Origin: Escherichia phage vB_EcoM-pEB20
Strand: one strand, 5' to 3'
Sequence record: OP114733
DNA length: 64,000 nt
A program made the position numbers and the translations under genes. Under the pieces are notes generated by a model, which was given only the letters and a program-made list of their open reading frames with translations, was not told the origin of the DNA and searched no databases. Each line of letters begins with the position of its first letter. Position 1 is the first letter of the stretch. Shown here piece after piece: positions 60,893 through 64,000 of this stretch.

Positions 60893-62311
60893 ATGGCTTT
60901 TACAGTTGATATAACTCCTAAAACACCTACTGGAGTTATAGATCAGACTCAGCAGTTTACTGCTACTCCCAGTGGTGAAACTGGAGGTGGAACTATTACC
61001 TATGCATGGAGTGTAGACGATGCTCCTCAAGTAGGATCGGCAGAAACTTTTGATTATGTGTTAAAAGGACCCGCTGGAACAAAAACAATTAAAGTTGTTG
61101 CAACAAATACACTTTCTGAAGGAGGCCCGGAAACGGCTGAAGCGACAACAACTATCACAATTCAAAATAAAACTCAGACAACTACGTTGGCAGTAACTCC
61201 TAATAGCCCTGACGCTGGAGTAATTGGAACAGCTATTGAATTTACTGCCGCTTTAGCTTCGCAGCCATCGGGCGCAAACGCTACTTATCAATGGTATGTA
61301 GATGATTCACAGGTTGGTGGAGAAACTAACTCTACATTCAATTACACTCCTGCCGAAAGCGGGGTAAAAAGAATTAAGTGTGTGGCCCAAGTAACCGCAA
61401 CAGATTATGACGCACTAAGCGTTACTTCTAATGAAGTGTCACTGACTGTTAATAAAAAGACACAGACAACTACGTTGGCTGTAACTCCGGCTTCTCCGGC
61501 GGCAGTAGAAATTGGAACAGCAACAACATTCACTGCTAATGTAAGCAATCAACCTGCTAGTGCCGTTATTGCTTATACATGGAAAGTTGATGGTTCTACT
61601 ATTAGTGGTCAAACGCAATCAACCTTTAAATATATACCAACATCTGAAGGAACTAAGTCTATAACTTGTTCTGTCACGGTGACTGCAACCAATTATGATG
61701 ATAAAACAGTAGAATCGTCACCGGTGTCTTTGACCGTAAATAAGAAGACAATGAATCCACAGGTTACGTTGACCCCTCCTTCTATTAATGTTCAGCAAGA
61801 CGCTTCAGCCACATTTACTGCTAATGTCACTGATGCACCACCAGAAGCACAAATTACTTATTCATGGAAGAAAGATTCTTCTCCTGTAGAAGGATCAACT
61901 AACGTGTATACTGTCGATACCTCATCTATCGGAAGTCAAACTATTGAAGTTACTGCAACTGTTACCGCTACTGATTATGATAGCAAAACTATTACAGCAG
62001 AAGGTCAAGTTCAGGTAACCGATAAAGTTGCTCCAAAACCAGAAGGTGAACTACCTTATGTTCATCCTCTTCCGCACCGTACTTCAGCTTATATCTGGTG
62101 TGGTTGGTGGGTTATGGATGAAATCCAAAAAATGACTGAAGAAGGTAAAGATTGGAAAACTGACGACCCGGATAGTAAGTACTACTTGCATCGTTACACG
62201 CTTCAGAAGATGTTGAAAGACTATCCAGAAGTTGATGTTCAAGAATCACGTAACGGATACATCATCCATAAAACTGCTTTGGAAACTGGTATCATCTATA
62301 CATATCCATAA
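60893..62311 (+). CDS. hoc: highly immunogenic outer capsid protein Hoc with four Ig-like domains
   Basis: 472-aa ORF; N-terminus and C-terminal capsid-binding region ...LPYVHPLPHRTSAYIWCGWWVMDEIQKMTEEGKDWKTDDPDSKYYLHRYTLQKM match recalled T4 Hoc; contains a tandem duplicated Ig-like unit. Confidence 0.93.
   Translation: MAFTVDITPKTPTGVIDQTQQFTATPSGETGGGTITYAWSVDDAPQVGSAETFDYVLKGPAGTKTIKVVATNTLSEGGPETAEATTTITIQNKTQTTTLAVTPNSPDAGVIGTAIEFTAALASQPSGANATYQWYVDDSQVGGETNSTFNYTPAESGVKRIKCVAQVTATDYDALSVTSNEVSLTVNKKTQTTTLAVTPASPAAVEIGTATTFTANVSNQPASAVIAYTWKVDGSTISGQTQSTFKYIPTSEGTKSITCSVTVTATNYDDKTVESSPVSLTVNKKTMNPQVTLTPPSINVQQDASATFTANVTDAPPEAQITYSWKKDSSPVEGSTNVYTVDTSSIGSQTIEVTATVTATDYDSKTITAEGQVQVTDKVAPKPEGELPYVHPLPHRTSAYIWCGWWVMDEIQKMTEEGKDWKTDDPDSKYYLHRYTLQKMLKDYPEVDVQESRNGYIIHKTALETGIIYTYP
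61172..61747 (+). repeat. tandem duplication of an Ig-like domain coding unit within hoc (2 x 288 bp, diverged)
   Basis: protein units aa 94-189 and 190-285 both run TQTTTLAVTP...VSLTVNKK with matching internal landmarks. Confidence 0.8.
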
Positions 62312-62317
62312 TCGTAA

Positions 62318-62340
62318 GGGGCCGAAGCCCCTTTCTTCGT
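62318..62340 (+). terminator. hairpin GGGGCCGAAGCCCC + T-rich tract after hoc
   Basis: GC stem with GAAG loop followed by TTTCTTCGTTTTT. Confidence 0.6.
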
Positions 62341-62407
62341 TTTTAAAGCATACAAAACACAACTTGAGATTGATGTATATAATGGCACAAACCAAATAAT
62401 ATGGGAA

Positions 62408-62608
62408 TTGATTATGAGAGCTGAAGTTGAAGTTTATACATTACATGAGGCGGGATTTTCATTCGTAGAAATTGCTCAAAAAATTGGTTTACAACCTAAA
62501 GAAGTTGGATTACTATGGACTAAAGCCGAGACAGCTCGGTCAAAGTTTAAAGCAAAAGAAAAAGTTGTATACCGTAAACGTTTGATTAACAAAAAGGTGA
62601 AGAAATGA
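62408..62608 (+). CDS. hypothetical protein (66 aa)
   Basis: ORF-track ORF. Confidence 0.5.
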   Translation: MIMRAEVEVYTLHEAGFSFVEIAQKIGLQPKEVGLLWTKAETARSKFKAKEKVVYRKRLINKKVKK

Positions 62609-62856
62609 GTTTTGCGCAGGAATTAAGAGAAAGGGCTCTGGCCACTAAAGCCAATTTGTTGAGTGATTTTATTACTAACTTCTCTGTGATGGCAGAGAAA
62701 GCCGCTGACAAAGGCCAGACACAATTCACGTACTATCCATCAAAGAATGATTTAACTATCACCGAACAAGTCGGGCAGTGGTTACGTGATAATGGCTTTC
62801 AGTATAAAATTAATCACGACCAGCGTGATGGACACTGGATAGAAATCAAGTTCTAG
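62605..62856 (+). CDS. hypothetical protein (83 aa)
   Basis: ATGA-coupled ORF. Confidence 0.5.
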   Translation: MSFAQELRERALATKANLLSDFITNFSVMAEKAADKGQTQFTYYPSKNDLTITEQVGQWLRDNGFQYKINHDQRDGHWIEIKF

Positions 62857-62975
62857 TATGCTTTACATTTTTTGATGGTATAATGAATCTAGGTTCTATC
62901 CATTCAAATTAAACATCTGGTCAGAGACAGAGTCTCTGCTAATTATTTTGATATTATTATTTATAATGGTGATTT

Positions 62976-63974
62976 ATGTTTAAGAAATACAGCAGTCTTG
63001 AAAACCACTACAACTCTAAGTTTATTGAAAAACTCTACACTAATGGTTTGACTACTGGTGTTTGGGTAGCACGTGAGAAAATCCATGGGACCAACTTCTC
63101 GTTAATAATTGAACGTGACAACGTCACATGCGCCAAGCGCACAGGCCCTATTCTTCCAGCAGAAGATTTTTATGGTTATGAAATCGTACTCAAGAAGTAT
63201 GATAAAGCTATTAAAGCCGTTCAGGAATTCATGTACACAGCTCGAGCCGTATCATATCAAGTCTTTGGTGAATTCGCTGGTGGTGGAATCCAGAAAGGTG
63301 TTGACTACGGTGAAAAAGATTTTTATGTGTTCGATATCCTTATCAATACAGAAAGTGGTGATAATACGTATTTGACCGATTACGAAATGCAAGATTTCTG
63401 TAATGAATTCGGTTTTAAAATGGCACCAATGCTTGGACGTGGCACATTTGATGCTCTTATCATGATTCCAAACGACCTTGATTCTGTCTTAGCCGCTTAT
63501 AATGCTACTGCGTCAGAAGACCTTGTCGAAGCAAATAATTGCGTATTTGACGCTAATGTTATTGGCGATAATACGGCAGAAGGTTATGTTCTGAAGCCTT
63601 GTTTCCCTAAATGGCTGCCAAACGGTACTCGTGTAGCTATTAAGTGCAAGAACTCTAAATTCAGTGAAAAGAAAAAGTCTGATAAGCCTATTAAAACTCA
63701 GGTTCCATTAACCGAAATTGACAAAAACTTGCTTGATGTTCTAGCTTGTTATGTTACATTAAACCGTGTTAATAATGTGATTTCTAAGATTGGGACTGTA
63801 ACGCCAAAAGATTTTGGCAAAGTGATGGGATTGACTGTTCAAGATATTCTGGAAGAAACTTCTCGTGAAGGTATTGTATTAACATCATCTGATAATCCGA
63901 ATCTTGTTAAGAAAGAATTAGTCCGAATGGTGCAAGATGTTCTGCGTCCTGCATGGATTGAATTAGTATCATAA
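62976..63974 (+). CDS. rnlB: RNA ligase 2
   Basis: 332-aa ORF; [21 protein letters not shown]...[18 protein letters not shown] (ligase KxHG motif) matches recalled T4 Rnl2. Confidence 0.95.
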   Translation: MFKKYSSLENHYNSKFIEKLYTNGLTTGVWVAREKIHGTNFSLIIERDNVTCAKRTGPILPAEDFYGYEIVLKKYDKAIKAVQEFMYTARAVSYQVFGEFAGGGIQKGVDYGEKDFYVFDILINTESGDNTYLTDYEMQDFCNEFGFKMAPMLGRGTFDALIMIPNDLDSVLAAYNATASEDLVEANNCVFDANVIGDNTAEGYVLKPCFPKWLPNGTRVAIKCKNSKFSEKKKSDKPIKTQVPLTEIDKNLLDVLACYVTLNRVNNVISKIGTVTPKDFGKVMGLTVQDILEETSREGIVLTSSDNPNLVKKELVRMVQDVLRPAWIELVS

Positions 63975-63982
63975 CGAAAAAA

Positions 63983-63998
63983 GGGACCTTACGGTCCC
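63983..63998 (+). terminator. hairpin GGGACCTTACGGTCCC after rnlB (window ends before any T-run)
   Basis: GC stem with UUACG loop; truncated by window end. Confidence 0.45.
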
Positions 63999-64000
63999 TT

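Overview
This 64 kb window is a contiguous segment of a T4-like (Tevenvirinae-type) myovirus genome, not a bacterial chromosome. Calls rest on reading the six-frame ORFs against T4 protein sequences and gene order from memory, plus motifs visible in the DNA; no database search was run, so names are homology-by-recall and percent identities are not given. The window is collinear with the T4 map: topoisomerase gene 39, rIIA, rIIB, denB, ndd, 52, motA, asiA, then (minus strand) holin t and long-tail-fibre genes 38-37-36-35-34, then rnh, dsbA, 33, 59, 32, frd, td, nrdA, nrdB, denA, rnlA, alc, spanins, pseT, cd, 31, rIII, ligase 30, alt, then (minus) baseplate hub genes 54-48-29-28-27-51, then 26, 25, uvsY, (minus) uvsW.1/uvsW, inh, hoc, rnlB. 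Genes are tightly packed with many ATGA/TAATG overlaps, GTTTAC-N17-TAtAaT early promoters, MotA-box middle promoters, TATAAATA late promoters and GC hairpins with UUCG-type loops. The two strongest departures from the T4 layout are candidates for the flagged system: (1) a 366-aa GT-B-like glycosyltransferase between gene 39 and rIIA, where T4 carries gene 60/mobA, suggesting a non-T4 sugar modification of hmC DNA; (2) an AroG-like DAHP synthase translationally coupled to dCMP deaminase. Other differences: an uninterrupted gene 39, intron-free td and nrdB with no homing-endonuclease ORFs, a NADAR-domain plus HAD-like pair upstream of ligase/alt, an extra Ig-like domain in Hoc, a repeat-rich gp37 tip, and families of reused promoter/stem-loop cassettes. 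No tRNA, rRNA, CRISPR array or integrase was found.
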